Shown one piece after another: positions 1 through 17,260 of a DNA stretch of 64,000 nucleotides. This DNA comes from the human T2T-CHM13v2.0 reference genome, Homo sapiens. How positions within the stretch are numbered: the stretch's first letter is position 1; every line of letters starts with the position of its first letter. The stretch lies in NCBI RefSeq assembly GCF_009914755.1, contig NC_060948.1, one strand, 5' to 3'. The notes under the pieces were generated by a model, which did no database searches, was not told the origin of the DNA, and worked only from the letters and a program-made list of their open reading frames with translations. The translations under genes and the position numbers were made by a program.

Positions 1-47
1 TTACATATAAGGCATAGCACATAACATGTAATATATATCATATATAA

Positions 48-339
<292 letters not shown>

Positions 340-907
340 AGATCCATATTTTGTAAATGGAAAACAATTTCAAAAGTACTCTGCTTGGTACAATAATCAA
401 ATGTATAAACTGAGGAATGAAACATAACCATGAAACCTACTTATAACTGCATATGGAAAATACTGAGGATAATTTTTTAAATAACATATTTTGAAAGCCT
501 TAACTAGTAATTTGAAGAGTTGGCATTTGAAAGGCCAGTATGAATATACCTTCAAAGCAGCAACACAGGTTCCCCATGAGAAAAAGCAAACTCAGGGAAA
601 ATAAAACCACAAAGGTTCAATCTCTTCTGACCTTTGAAAGACACAGCACAGACAGTGGTCCTTAGGACGAAGAGCAGGAGACCCCTAATTCCGTCACCAT
701 GGTGATAGGACATAAACATTGCTGGGTGAGGGCACAATCCACATTGTGAGGTCCAACTGCTACCAGGAAGACAGGACTGCTTTTACATAGACCGAAAGGT
801 CATTGAAGGCTCAGAGTTTTGTTTCAAGAACTGAATCCCAAGCCCACATGTTATTAGGCTGCGCTTCTTAAAACAAGTTATTAGATGGGAAAAAGGGCAC
901 CCACAAA
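340..907. repeat. HSATI-type middle segment of the unit (U1 shown; recurs every ~2420 bp)
   Basis: Non-Alu, higher-complexity segment from agatccatattt to gggcacccacaaac, nearly invariant among copies. The name comes from the known DYZ2 unit composition; boundaries are approximate. Confidence 0.75.
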
Positions 908-2462
908 CATACGTATACATTATGTATATAATAATATACAGTATCATATATATAATATATATAACCTATGTATAATATTGTTTTACATCCTGCATCTTAT
1001 ATTATATATATTGTCTAAAATATAATAATTGATAATATATAAGTTTTATATTTATACAATATGACATATAGTATATAGTATAATTTATGACATATATAAT
1101 ATATGTTATATATCATATATAGAATATATTATACGGTTAATATACGTATTAAATATAAATTATACATTCTATATATTATATATAATATATCTGTTATATA
1201 TAATACCCATTATGCATAATATATATATTATGTCTATGTTATATATAGTATAAAACAACATATAATAATATATAATTGTATATATAAAATGCGACATATA
1301 ATATATATTTTATTTTATGACATATATAATATATATTATATATTATATATAATATGTTGTATGTATAATACCTATATTAAATATATATTATATGACTATG
1401 TTATTAATTACATGTCACATATGTTATATATTATATATTTTACATAGAATATACCGGTTACATACAATTTATACTATGTTACCTATAATGTATAATTGAT
1501 TACATGTAAAATAAAGAATGCAATATATTATGTATAATTTATAATATACAATATGTGGAATGTGATATATATAACATATAATATATGATGTATGATATAC
1601 AGTATATGATATATAACATACAATATATGATACCTAATATATATGGTATAAAATATATATTTTATGATATGTATTCTATATGTTTTATATTCTGTTATAT
1701 ATAACTATTTGAAATTATATATAACTGTATATTTTATGTAAATATGTAATATAATATATATAACTATATAATATATTATATATAATTATATATTATGTTA
1801 TATATACTTTTATAACATAATTTACATAAAATGTCATAATATAATATATATTATATTATTTCACATTACATAATATATATTACATATCACCCAATATAAG
1901 TAACATACATAATATTATAATATAGATTATATTATGTTATATTAAATATCATATATATCATGTATCATATATTCTATAATATATATTACACATTATATAA
2001 TATGTATGTTGTCTATTATGTGATATATATAACTATATATAATTATATTATTATACATATAACTAGATAAACATGTAATTCTACATATTTTCATTTATAA
2101 TATATAGAATTATATAATCATATATAATTATTTATATTCTATAAAAAATTATATCTTTATATAAATTATAATATAAAAAAATTATAATATGTACTACAAA
2201 CATATATATTATATATCATATATGATATAGTACCTTTGTTATATATCATAATACATATAAATGTGTATTATGTTATCTATAATTATATAATTTCATATAT
2301 AAGATGTATAATATGTATTTTATATTGTATATGTTATGTAAAATATATAGTATATATAAGCTGACACAGGATAAATATTATATACTATGACATATAAAAT
2401 ATATGAGGTTATATGTTACATATAAGGCATAGCACATAACATGTAATATATATCATATATAA
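908..2462. repeat. AT-rich low-complexity segment of the unit (U1 shown; recurs every ~2420 bp)
   Basis: ~1.55 kb of degenerate (TA)n, TATAA and TATGA motifs with very few G/C, colinear across all copies. Confidence 0.92.
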
Positions 2463-2754
<292 letters not shown>

Positions 2755-4882
2755 AGATCCATATTTTTTAAATGAAAAAAAATTTCAAAGGTACTCTGCT
2801 TGGTACAATAATCAAATGTATAAACTGAGGAATAAAACATAACCATGAAACCTACTTATAACTGCATATGGAAAATACAGAGGATAATTTTTTAAATAAC
2901 ATATTTTGAAAGCCTTAACTAGTAATTTGAAGAGTTGGCATTTGAAAGGCCAGTATGAATATACCTTCAAAGCAGCAACACAGGTTCCCCATGAGAAACA
3001 GCAAACTCAGGGAAAATAAAACCACAAAGGTTCAAGCTCTTCTGACCTTTGAAAGACACAGCACAGACAGTGGTCCTTAGGACGAAGAGCAGGAGACCCC
3101 TAATTCCGTCACCATGGCGATAGGGCATAAACATTGCTGGGTGAGGGCACAATCCACATTGTGAGGTCCAACTGCTGCCAGGAAGACAGGAGTGCTTTTA
3201 CATAGACCGAAAGGTCATTGAAGGCTCAGAGTTTTGTTTCAAGAACTGAATCCCAAGCCCACACGTTATTAGGCTGCGCTTCGTAAAACAAGCTATGAGA
3301 TGGGAAAAAGGGCACCCACAAACATACGTATACATTATGTATATAATAATATACAGTATCATATATATAATATATATAACCTATGTATAATATTGTTTTA
3401 CATCCTGCATCTTATATTATATATATTGTCTAAAATATAATAATTGATAATATATAAGTTTTATATTTATACAATATGACATATAGTATATATTATAATT
3501 TATGACATATATAATATATGTTATATATCATATATAGAATATATTATACGGTTAATATACGTATTAAATATAAATTATACATTATATATATTATATATAA
3601 TATATCTGTTATATATAATACCCATTATGCATAATATGTATATTATGTCTATGTTATATATAGTATAAAACAACATATAATAATATATAATTGTATATAT
3701 AAAATGCGACATATAATATATATTATATTTTATGACATATGTAATATATATTATATATTATATATAATACGTTGTATGTATAATACCTATATTAAATATA
3801 TATTATATGACTATGTTATTAATTACATGTCACATATGTCATATATTATATATTTTACATAGAATATACCAGTTACATACAATATATACTATGTTACCTA
3901 TAATGTATAATTGATTACATGTAAAATAAAGAATGCAATATATTATGTATAATTTATAATATACAATATGTGGAATGTGATATATATAACATATAATATA
4001 TGATATATGATATACAGTATATGATATATAACATACAATATATGATACCTAATATATATGGTATACAATATATATTTTATGATATGTATTCTATGTGTTT
4101 TATATTCTGTTATATATAACTATTTGAAATTATATATAACTGTATAATATTTTATGTAAATATGTAATATAATATATATAACTATATAATATATTATATA
4201 TAACTATATATTATGTTATATATACTTTTATAACATAATTTACAAAAAATGTCATAATATAATATATATTATATTATTTCACATTACATAATATATATTA
4301 CATATCACCCAATATAAGTAACATACATAATATTATAATATAGATTATATTATGTTATATTAAATATCATATATATCATGTATCATATATTCTATAATAT
4401 ATATTACACATTATATAATATGTATGTTGTCTATTTTGTGATATATAAAACTATATATATAATTATATTATTATACATATAACTAGATAAACATGTAATT
4501 CTACATATTTTCATTTGTAATATATAGAATTATATAATCATATATAATTATTTATATTCTATAAAAAATTATATCATTATACAAATTATAATATAAAAAA
4601 ATTATAATATGTACTACAAATATACATATTATATATCATATATGATATAGTACCTTTGTTATATATCATAATACATATAAATGTGTATTATGTTATCTAT
4701 AATTATATAATTTCATATATAAGATGTATAATATGTATTATATATTGTCTATGTTATGTAATATATATAGTATATGTAAGCTGACACAGGATAAATATTA
4801 TATACTATGACATATAAAATATATGAGGTTATATGTTACATATAAGGCATAGCACATAACATGTAATATATATCATATATAA

Positions 4883-5174
<292 letters not shown>

Positions 5175-7294
5175 AGATCCATATTTTTTAAATGAAAAAA
5201 AATTTCAACGGTACTCTGCTTGGTACAATAATCAAATGTATAAACTGAGGAATAAAACATAACCATGAAACCTACTTATAACTGCATATGGAAAATACAG
5301 AGGATAATTTTTTAAATAACATATTTTGAAAGCATTAACTAGTAATTTGCAGAGTTGGCATTTGAAAGGCCAGTATGAATATACCTTCAAAGAAGCAACA
5401 CAGGTTCCCCATGAGAAAAAGCAAACTCAGGGAAAATAAAACCACAAAGGTTCAATCTCTTCTGACCTTTGAAAGACACAGCACAGACAGTGGTCCTTAG
5501 GACGAAGAGCAGGAGACCCCTAATTCCGTCACCATGGCGACAGGGCATAAACATTGCTGGGTGAGGGCACAATCCACATTGAGAGGTCCAACTGCTGCCA
5601 GGAAGACAGGAGTGCTTTTACATAGACCGAAATGTCATTGAAGGCTCAGAGTTTTGTTTCAAGAACTGAATCCCAAGCCCACACGTTATTAGGCTGCGCT
5701 TCTTAAAACAAGTTATGAGATGGGAAAAAGGGCACCCACAAACATACGTATACATTATGTATATAATAATATACAGTATCATATATATAATATATATAAC
5801 CTATGTATAATATTGTTTTACATCCTGCATCTTTTATTATATATATTGTATAAAATATAATAATTCATAATATATAACGTTTATATTTATACAATATGAC
5901 ATATAGTATATATTATAATTTATGACATATATAATATATGTTATATATCATATATAGAATATATTATACGGTTAATATACGTATTAAATATAAATTATAC
6001 ATTATATATATTATATAAAATATATCTGTTATATATAATACACTTTATGCATAATATATATATTATGTCTACGTTATATATAGTATAAAACAACATATAA
6101 TAATATATAATTGTATATATAAAATGCGACATATAATATATATTATATTTTATGACATATGTAATATATATTATATATTATATGTAATACGTTGTATGTA
6201 TAATACCTATATTAAATATATATTATATGACTATGTTATTAATTACATGTCACATATGTTATATATTATATATTTTACATATAATATACCGGTTACATGC
6301 AATATATACTATGTTACCTATAATGTATAATTGATTACATGTAAAATAAAGAATGCAATATATTATGTATAATTTATAATATACAATATGTGGAATGTGA
6401 TATATATAACATATAATATATGATATATGATATACAGTATATGATATATAACATACAATATATGATACCTAATATATATGGTATACAATATATATTTTAT
6501 GATATGTATTCTATATGTTTTATATTCTGTTATATATAACTATTTGAAATTATATATAACTGTATAATATTTTATGCAAATATGTAATATAATATATATA
6601 ACTATATAATATATTATATAACTATATATTATGTTATATATACTTTTATAACATAATTTACATTAAATATCATAATATAATATATATTATATTATTTCAC
6701 ATTACATAATATATATTACATATCACCCAATATAAGTAACATACATGATATTATAATATAGATTATATTATGTTATATTAAATATCATATATATCATGTA
6801 TCATATATTCTATAATATATATTACACATTATATAATATGTATGTTGTCTATTATGTGATATATATAACTATATATAATTATATTATTATACATATAACT
6901 AGATAAACATGTAATTCTACATATTTTCATTTATAATATATAGAATTATATAATCATATATAATTATTTATATTCTATAAAAAATTATATCATTATATAA
7001 ATTATAATATATAAAAATTATAATATGTACTACATATATATTATATATCATATATGATATAGTACCTTTGTTATATATCATAATACATGTAAATGTGTAT
7101 TATGTTATCTGTAATTATATAATTTCATATATAAGTTGTATAATATGTGTCAAATATTATATATGTTATGTAATATATATAGTATATATAAGCTGACACA
7201 GGATAAATATTATATACTATGACATATAAAATATATGAGGTTATATGTTACATATAAGGCATAGCACATAACATGTAATATATATCATATATAA

Positions 7295-7586
7295 TTTTTT
7301 TTTAGACAGAGTCTTGTCCTGTTGCACAGTGTGGGGTACAATGGCGCCATCTTTGCTCACTGCAACATCTGCCTCAAGGGTCCAAGCGATTGGCCTCCCT
7401 CAGCCTCCCAGGTAGCTGGGACTACACCACACTGGGACTACAGCAGCTGCCACCATGCCTAGCTAATTTTTTGGATTTTTAGTAGTGACAGCGTTTCACT
7501 GTATTGGCCAGGATGGTCTTGATCTCTTCACCTTGTGATCCCCTTGTCTTGGCCTCCAAATTTGCTGGGATTACAGGCTTGAGCCA
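7295..7586 (-). mobile_element. Diverged Alu, U4
   Basis: Same Alu motifs; extra HaeIII site (gattggcct). Confidence 0.93.
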
Positions 7587-9714
7587 AGATCCATATTTTT
7601 TAAATGAAAAAAAATTTCAAAGGTACTCTGCTTGGTACAATAATCAAATGTATAAACTGAGGAATAAAACATAACCATGAAACCTACTTATAACTGCATA
7701 TGGAAAATACAGAGGATAATTTTTTAAATAACATATTTTGAAAGCCTTAACTAGTAATTTGAAGAGTTGGCATTTGAAAGGCCAGTATGAATATACCTTC
7801 AAAGCAGCAACACAGGTTCCCCATGAGAAAAAGCAAACACAGAGAAAATAAAAACACAAAGGTTCAATCTCTTCTGACCTTTGAAAGACACAGCACAGAC
7901 AGTGGTCCTTAGGACGAAGAGCAGGAGACCCCTAATTCCGTCACCATGGCGATAGGGCATAAACATTGCTGGGTGAGGACACAATCCACATTGTGAGGTC
8001 CAACTGCTGCCAGGAAGACAGGAGTGCTTTTACATAGACCGAAAGGTCATTGAAGGCTCAGAGTTTTGTTTCAAGAACTGAATCCCAAGCCCACACGTTA
8101 TTAGGCTGCGCTTCTTAAAACAAGTTATGAGATGGGAAAAAGGGCACCCACAAACATACGTATACATTATGTATATAATAATATACAGTATCATATATAT
8201 AATATATATAACCTATGTATAATATTGTTTTATATCCTGCATCTTCTGTTATATATATTGTATAAAATATAATAATTGATAATATATAAGTTTTATAATT
8301 ATACAATATGACATATAGTATATATTATAATTTATGACATATATAATATATGTTATACATCATATATAGAATATATTATACGGTTAATATACGTATTAAA
8401 TATAAATTATACATTATATATATTATATATAATATATCTGTTATATATAATACCCATTATGCATAATATATATATTATGTCTATGTTATATATAGTATAA
8501 AACAACATATAATAATATATAATTGTATATATAAAATGCAACATATAATATAAATTATATTTTATAACAAATGTTATATATATTATATATTATATATAAT
8601 ACGTTGTATGCATAATACCTATATTAAATATATATTATATGACTATGTTATTAATTACATGTCACATGTGTTATATATTATATATTTTACATAGAATATA
8701 CCGGTTACATACAATATATACTATGTTACCTATAATGTATAATTTATTACATGTAAAATAAAGAATGCAATATATTATGTATAATTTATAATATACAATA
8801 TGTGGAATGTGATATATATAACATATAATATATGATATATGATATAGAGTATATGATATATAACATACAATATATGATTCCTAATATATATGGTATACAA
8901 TATATATTTTATGATATGTATTCTATATGTTTTATATTCTGTTATATATAACTATTTGAAATTATATATAACTGTATAATATTTTATGTAAATATGTAAT
9001 ATAATATATATAACTATATAATATATTATATATAAGTATATATTATGTTATATATACTTTTATAACATAATTTACATAAAATATCATAACATAATATATA
9101 TTATATTATTTCATATTACATAATATATATTACATATCACCCAATATAACTAACATACATAATATTATAATATAGATTATATTATGTTATATTAAATATC
9201 ATATATATCATGTATCATATATTCTATAATATATATTACACATTATATAATATGTATGTTGTCTATTATGTGATATATATAACTCTATATATAATTTTAT
9301 TTTTATACATATAACTAGATAAACATGTAATTCTACATATTTTCATTTATAATATGTAGAATTATATAATCATATATAATTATTTATATTCTATAAAAAA
9401 TTTTATCATTCTATAAATTATAATATATAAAAATTATAATATGTACTACAAATATATATATTATATATCATATATGATATAGTACCTTTGTTATATATCA
9501 TAATACATATAAATGTGTATTATGTTATCTATAATTATATAATTTCATATATAAGATGTATAATATGTATTATATATTGTATATGTTATGTAATATATAT
9601 AGTATATATAAGCTGACACAGGATAAATATTATATACTATGACATATAAAATATATGAGGTTATATGTTATATATAAGGCATAGCACATAACATGTAATA
9701 TATATCATATATAA

Positions 9715-10006
9715 TTTTTTTTTAGACAGAGTCTTGTCGTGTTGCACAGGGTGAAGTACAATGGCGCCATCTTTGCTCACTGCAACATCTGCCTCACGGG
9801 TCCAAGCGATTGTCCTCCCTCAACCTCTCAGGTAGCTGGGAGTACACCACACTGGGACTACACCAGCTGCCACCATGCCTAGCTAATTTTTTGGATTTTT
9901 AGTAGTGACAGCGTTTCACTGTATTGGCCAGGATGGTCTTGATCTCTTCACCTTGTGATCCCCTTGCCTTGGCCTCCAAATTTGCTGGGATTACAGGCCT
10001 GAGCCA
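9715..10006 (-). mobile_element. Diverged Alu, U5
   Basis: Same Alu motifs. Confidence 0.93.
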
Positions 10007-12102
10007 AGATCCATATTTTTTAAATGAAAAAAAATTTCAAAGGTACTCTGCTTGGTACAATAATCAAATGTATAAACTGAGGAATAAAACATAACCATGA
10101 AACCTACTTATAACTGCATATGGAAAATACAGAGGATAATTTTTTAAATAACATATTTTGAAAGCCTTAACTAGTAATTTGAAGAGTTGGCATTTGAAAG
10201 GCCAGTATGAATATACCTTCAAAGCAGCAACACAGGTTCCCCATGAGAAACAGCAAACTCAGGGAAAATAAAACCTCAAAGGTTCAAGCTCTTCTGACCT
10301 TTGAAAGACACAGCACAGACAGTGGTCCTTAGGACGAAGAGCAGGAGACCCCTAATTCCGTCACCATGGCGATAGGGCATAAACATTGCTGGGTGAGGGC
10401 ACAATCCACATTGTGAGGTCCAACTGCTGCCAGGAAGACAGGAGTGCTTTTACATAGACCGAAAGGTCATTGAAGGCTCAGAGTTTTGTTTCAAGAACTG
10501 AATCCCAAGCCCACACGTTATTAGGCTGCGCTTCTTAAAACAAGTTATGAGATGGGAAAAAGGGCACCCACAAACATACGTATACATTATGTATATAATA
10601 ATATACAGTATCATATATATAATATATATAACCTATGTATAATATTGTTTTACATCCTGCATCTTATATTATATATATTGTCTAAAATATAATAATTGAT
10701 AATATATAAGTTTTATATTTATACAATATGACATATAGTATATATTATAATTTATGACATATATAATATATGTTATATATCATATATAGAATATATTATA
10801 CGGTTAATATACGTATTAAATATAAATTGTACATTATATATATTATATATAATATATCTGTTATATATAATACCCATTATGCATAATATGTATATTATGT
10901 CTATGTTATATATAGTATAAAACAACATATAATAATATATAATTGTATATATAAAATGCGACATATAATATATATTATATTTTATGACATATGTAATATA
11001 TATTATATATTATATATAATACGTTGTATGTATAATACCTATATTAAATATATATTATATGACTATGTTATTAATTACATGTCACATGTGTTATATATTA
11101 TATATTTTAGATAGAATATACCGGTTACATACAATATATACTATTTTACCTATAATGTATAATTGATTACATGTAAAATAAAGAATGCAATATATTATGT
11201 ATAATTTATAATATAAAATATGTGGAATGTGATATATATAACATAGAATATATGATATATGATATACAGTATATGATATATAACATACAATATATGATAC
11301 CTAGTATATATGGTATACAATATATATTTTATGATATGTATTCTATATGTTTTATATTCTGTTATATATAACTATTTGAAATTATATATAACTGTATAAT
11401 ATTTTATGTAAATATGTAATATAATATATATAACTATATAATATATTATATATAACTATATATTATGTTATATATACTTTTATATCATAATTTACATAAA
11501 ATGTCATAATATAATATATATTATATTATTTCATATTACATAATATATATTACATATCACTCAATATAAGTAACATACATAATATTATAATATAGATTAT
11601 ATTATGTTATGTTAAATATCATATATATCATGTATCATATATTGTATAATATATATTATACATTATATAATATGTATGTTGTCTATTATGTGATATATAT
11701 AACTATATATTATTATATTATTATACATATAACTAGATAAACATGTAATTCTACATATTTTCATTTATAATATATAGAATTATATAATCATATATAATTA
11801 TTTATATTCTATAAAAAATTATATCATTATATAAATTATAATATAAAAAAATTATAATATGTACTACAAATATATATATTATATATCATATATGATATAG
11901 TACCTTTGTTATATATCATAATACATATAAATGTGTATTATGTTATCTATAATTATATGATTTCATATATAAGATGTATAATATGTATTATATATTGTAT
12001 ATGTTATGTAATATATATAGTATATATAAGCTGACACAGGATAAATATTATATACTATGACATATAAAATATATGAGGTTATATGTTACATATAAGGCAT
12101 AG

Positions 12103-12423
<321 letters not shown>

Positions 12424-14548
12424 AGATCCATATTTTTTAAATGAAAAAAAATTTCAAAGGTACTCTGCTTGGTACAATAATCAAATGTATAAACTGAGGA
12501 ATAAAACATAACCATGAAACCTACTTATAACTGCATATGGAAAATACAGAGGATAATTTTTTAAATAACATATTTTGAAAGCCTTAACTAGTAATTTGAA
12601 GAGTTGGTATTTGAAAGGCCAGTATGAATATACCTTCAAAGCAGCAACACAGGTTCCCCATGAGAAACAGCAAACTCAGGGAAAATAAAACCACAAAGGT
12701 TCAAGCTCTTCTGACCTTTGAAAGACACAGCACAGACAGTGGTCCTTAGGACGAAGAGCAGGAGACCCCTAATTCCGTCACCATGGCGATAGGGCATAAA
12801 CATTGCTGGGTGAGGGCACAATCCACATTGTGAGGTCCAACTGCTGCCAGGAAGACAGGAGTGCTTTTACATAGACCGAAAGGTCATTGAAGGCTCAGAG
12901 TTTTGTTTCAAGAACTGAATCCCAAGCCCACACGTTATTAGGCTGCGCTTCTTAAAACAAGTTATGAGATGGGAAAAAGGGCACCCACAAACATACGTAT
13001 ACATTATGTATATAATAATATACAGTATCATACATATAATATATATAACCTATGTATAATATTGTTTTACATCCTGCATCTTATATTATATATATTGTCT
13101 AAAATATAATAATTGATAATATATAAGTTTTATATTTATACAATATGACATATAGTATATATTATAATTTATGACATATATAATATATGTTATATATCAT
13201 ATATAGAATATATTATACGGTTAATATACGTATTAAATATAAATTATACATTATATATATTATATATAATATATCTGTTATATATAATACCCATTATGCA
13301 TAATATGTATATTATGTCTATGTTATATATAGTATAAAACAACATATAGTAATATATAATTGTATATATAAAATGCGACATATATATATTATATTTTATG
13401 ACATATGTAATATATATTATATATTATATATAATACGTTGTATGTATAATACCTATATTAAATATATATTATATGACTATGTTATTAATTACATGTCACA
13501 TATGTTATATATTATATATTTTACGTAGAATATACCGGTTACATACAATATATACTATGTTACCTATAATGTATAATTGATTACATGTAAAATAAAGAAT
13601 GCAATATATTATGTATAATTTATAATATACAATATGTGGAATGTGATATATATAACATATAATATATGATATATGATATACAGTATATGATATATAACAT
13701 ACAATATACGATACCTAATATATATGGTATACAATATATATTTTATGATATGTATTCTATATGTTTTATATTCTGTTATATATAACTATTTGAAATTATA
13801 TATAACTGTATAATATTTTATGTAAATATGTAATATAATATATATAACTATATAATATATTATATATAACTATATATTATGTTATATATACATTTATAAC
13901 GTAATTTACATAAAATGTCATAATATAATATATATTATATTATTTCACATTACATAATATATATTACATATCACCCAATATAAGTAAGATACATAATATT
14001 ATAATATAGATTATATTATGTTATATTAAATATCATATATATCATGTATCATATATTCTATAATATATATTACACATTATATAATATGTATGCTGTCTAT
14101 TTTGTGATATATAAAACTATATATATAATTATATTATTATACATATAACTAGATAAACATGTAATTCTACATATTTTCATTTGTAATATATAGAATTATA
14201 TAATCATATATAATTATTTATGTTCTATAAAAAATTATATCATTATATAAATTATAATATAAAAAAATTATAATATGTACTACAAATATACATATTATAT
14301 ATCATATATGATATAGTACCTTTGTTATATATCATAATACATATAAATGTGTATTATGTTATCTATAATTATATAATTTCATATATAAGATGTATAATAT
14401 GTATTATATATTGTCTATGTTATGTAATATATATAGTATATGTAAGCTGACACAGGATAAATATTATATACTATGACATATAAAATATATGAGGTTATAT
14501 GTTACATATAAGGCATAGCACATAACATGTAATATATATCATATATAA

Positions 14549-14840
<292 letters not shown>

Positions 14841-16968
14841 AGATCCATATTTTTTAAATGAAAAAAAATTTCAAAGGTACTCTGCTTGGTACAATAATCA
14901 AATGTATAAACTGAGGAATAAAACATAACCATGAAACCTACTTATAACTGCATATGGAAAATACAGAGGATAATTTTTTAAATAACATATTTTGAAAGCC
15001 TTAACTAGTAATTTGAAGAGTTGGCATTTGTAAGGCCAGTATGAATATACCTTCAAAGCAGCAACACAGGTTCCCCATGAGAAAAAGCAAACTCAGGGAA
15101 AATAAAACCACAAAGGTTCAATCTCTTCTGACCTTTGAAAGACACAGCACAGACAGTGGTCCTTAGGACGAAGAGCAGGAGACCCCTAATTCCGTCACCA
15201 TGGCGATAGGGCATAAACATTGCTGGGTGAGGGCACAATCCACATTGTGAGGTCCAACTGCTGCCAGGAAGACAGGAGTGCTTTTACATAGACCGAAAGG
15301 TCATTGAAGGCTCAGAGTTTTGTTTCAAGAACTGAATCCCAAGCCCACACGTTATTAGGCTGCGCTTCTTAAAACAAGTTATGAGATGGGAAAAAGGGCA
15401 CCCACAAACATACGTATACATTATGTATATAATAATATACAGTATCATATATAAAATATGTATAACCTATGTATAATATTGTTTTACATCCTGCATCTTA
15501 TATTATATATATTGTATAAAATATAATAATTGATAATATATAAGTTTTATATTTATACAATATGACATATAGTATATATTATACTTTATGACATATATAA
15601 TATATGTTATATATCATATATAGAATATATTACACGATTAATATACGTATTAAATATAAATTATACATTATATATATTATATAAAATATATCTGTTATAT
15701 ATAATACCCATTATGCATAATATATATATTATGTCTATGTTATATATAGTATAAAACAACATATAATAATATATAATTGTATATATAAAATGCCACATAT
15801 AATATATATTATATTTTATGACATATGTAATATATATTATATATTATATATAATACGTTGTATGTATAATACCTATATTAAATATATATTATATGACTAT
15901 GTTATTAATTACATGTCACATATGTTATATATTATATATTTTACATAGAATATACCGGTTACATACAATATATACTATGTTACCTATAATGTATAATTGA
16001 TTACATGTAAAATAAAGAATGCAATATATTATGTATAATTTATAATATACAATATGTGGAATGTGATATATATAACATATAATATATGATATATGATATA
16101 CAGTATATGATATATAACATACAATATATGATACCTAATATATATGGTATACAATATATATTTTATGATATGTATTCTATGTGTTTTATATTCTGTTATA
16201 TATAACTATTTGAAATTATATATAACTGTATAATATTTTATGTAAATATGTAATATAATATATATAACTATATAATATATTATATATAACTATATATTAT
16301 GTTATATATACTTTTATAACATAATTTACATAAAATGTCATAATATAATATATATTATATTATTTCACATTACATAATATATATTACATATCACCCAATA
16401 TAAGTAACATACATAATATTATAATATAGATTATATTATGTTATATTAAATATCATATATATCATGTATCATATATTCTATAATATATATTACACATTAT
16501 ATAATATGTATGTTGTCTATTTTGTGATATATAAAACTATATATATAATTATATTATTATACATATAACTAGATAAACATGTAATTCTACATATTTTCAT
16601 TTGTAATATATAGAATTATATAATCATATATAGTTATTTATATTCTATAAAAAATTATATCATTATATAAATTATAATATAAAAAAATTATAATATGTAC
16701 TACAAATATACATATTATATATCATATATGATATAGTACCTTTGTTATATATCATAATACATATAAATGTGTATTATGTTATCTTTAATTATATAATTTC
16801 ATATATAAGATGTATAATATGTATTATATATTGTCTAGGTTATGTAATATATATAGTATATGTAAGCTGACACAGGATAAATATTATATACTATGACATA
16901 TAAAATATATGAGGTTATATGTTACATATAAGGCATAGCACATAACATGTAATATATATCATATATAA

Positions 16969-17260
<292 letters not shown>

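Noticed and set aside
410-436. Hammerhead-like core CTGAGGA-N15-GAAAC in each unit (hammerheads occur in some animal satellites)
   Set aside because: Stem II is only 2-3 bp, and I could not build stems I and III with a correctly placed NUH in either permutation. An Infernal search with Rfam hammerhead models or a cleavage assay would settle it.
552-737. Recurrent 61 aa minus-strand ORF (MCPHPAMF...) and overlapping 71 aa ORF
   Set aside because: No recognisable domain, mostly non-ATG starts, stops in U5 and U9, and recurrence explained by the tandem repeat. Useful only as unit markers.
790-801. GACC-GAAA-GGTC hairpin with GNRA tetraloop
   Set aside because: Only a 4 bp stem with no larger fold; expected by chance.
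909-933. Short palindromes (atacgtat, tatacattatgtata) as a PATRR-like element
   Set aside because: Short inverted repeats are inevitable in TA-rich DNA; I saw no long palindrome or strand inversion in the window.
6124-6330. Tyr/Ile-rich ORFs (also 8115, 10773, 27624, 37302, 56646)
   Set aside because: Translations of (TA)-rich low-complexity DNA, open only in units with chance stop loss.
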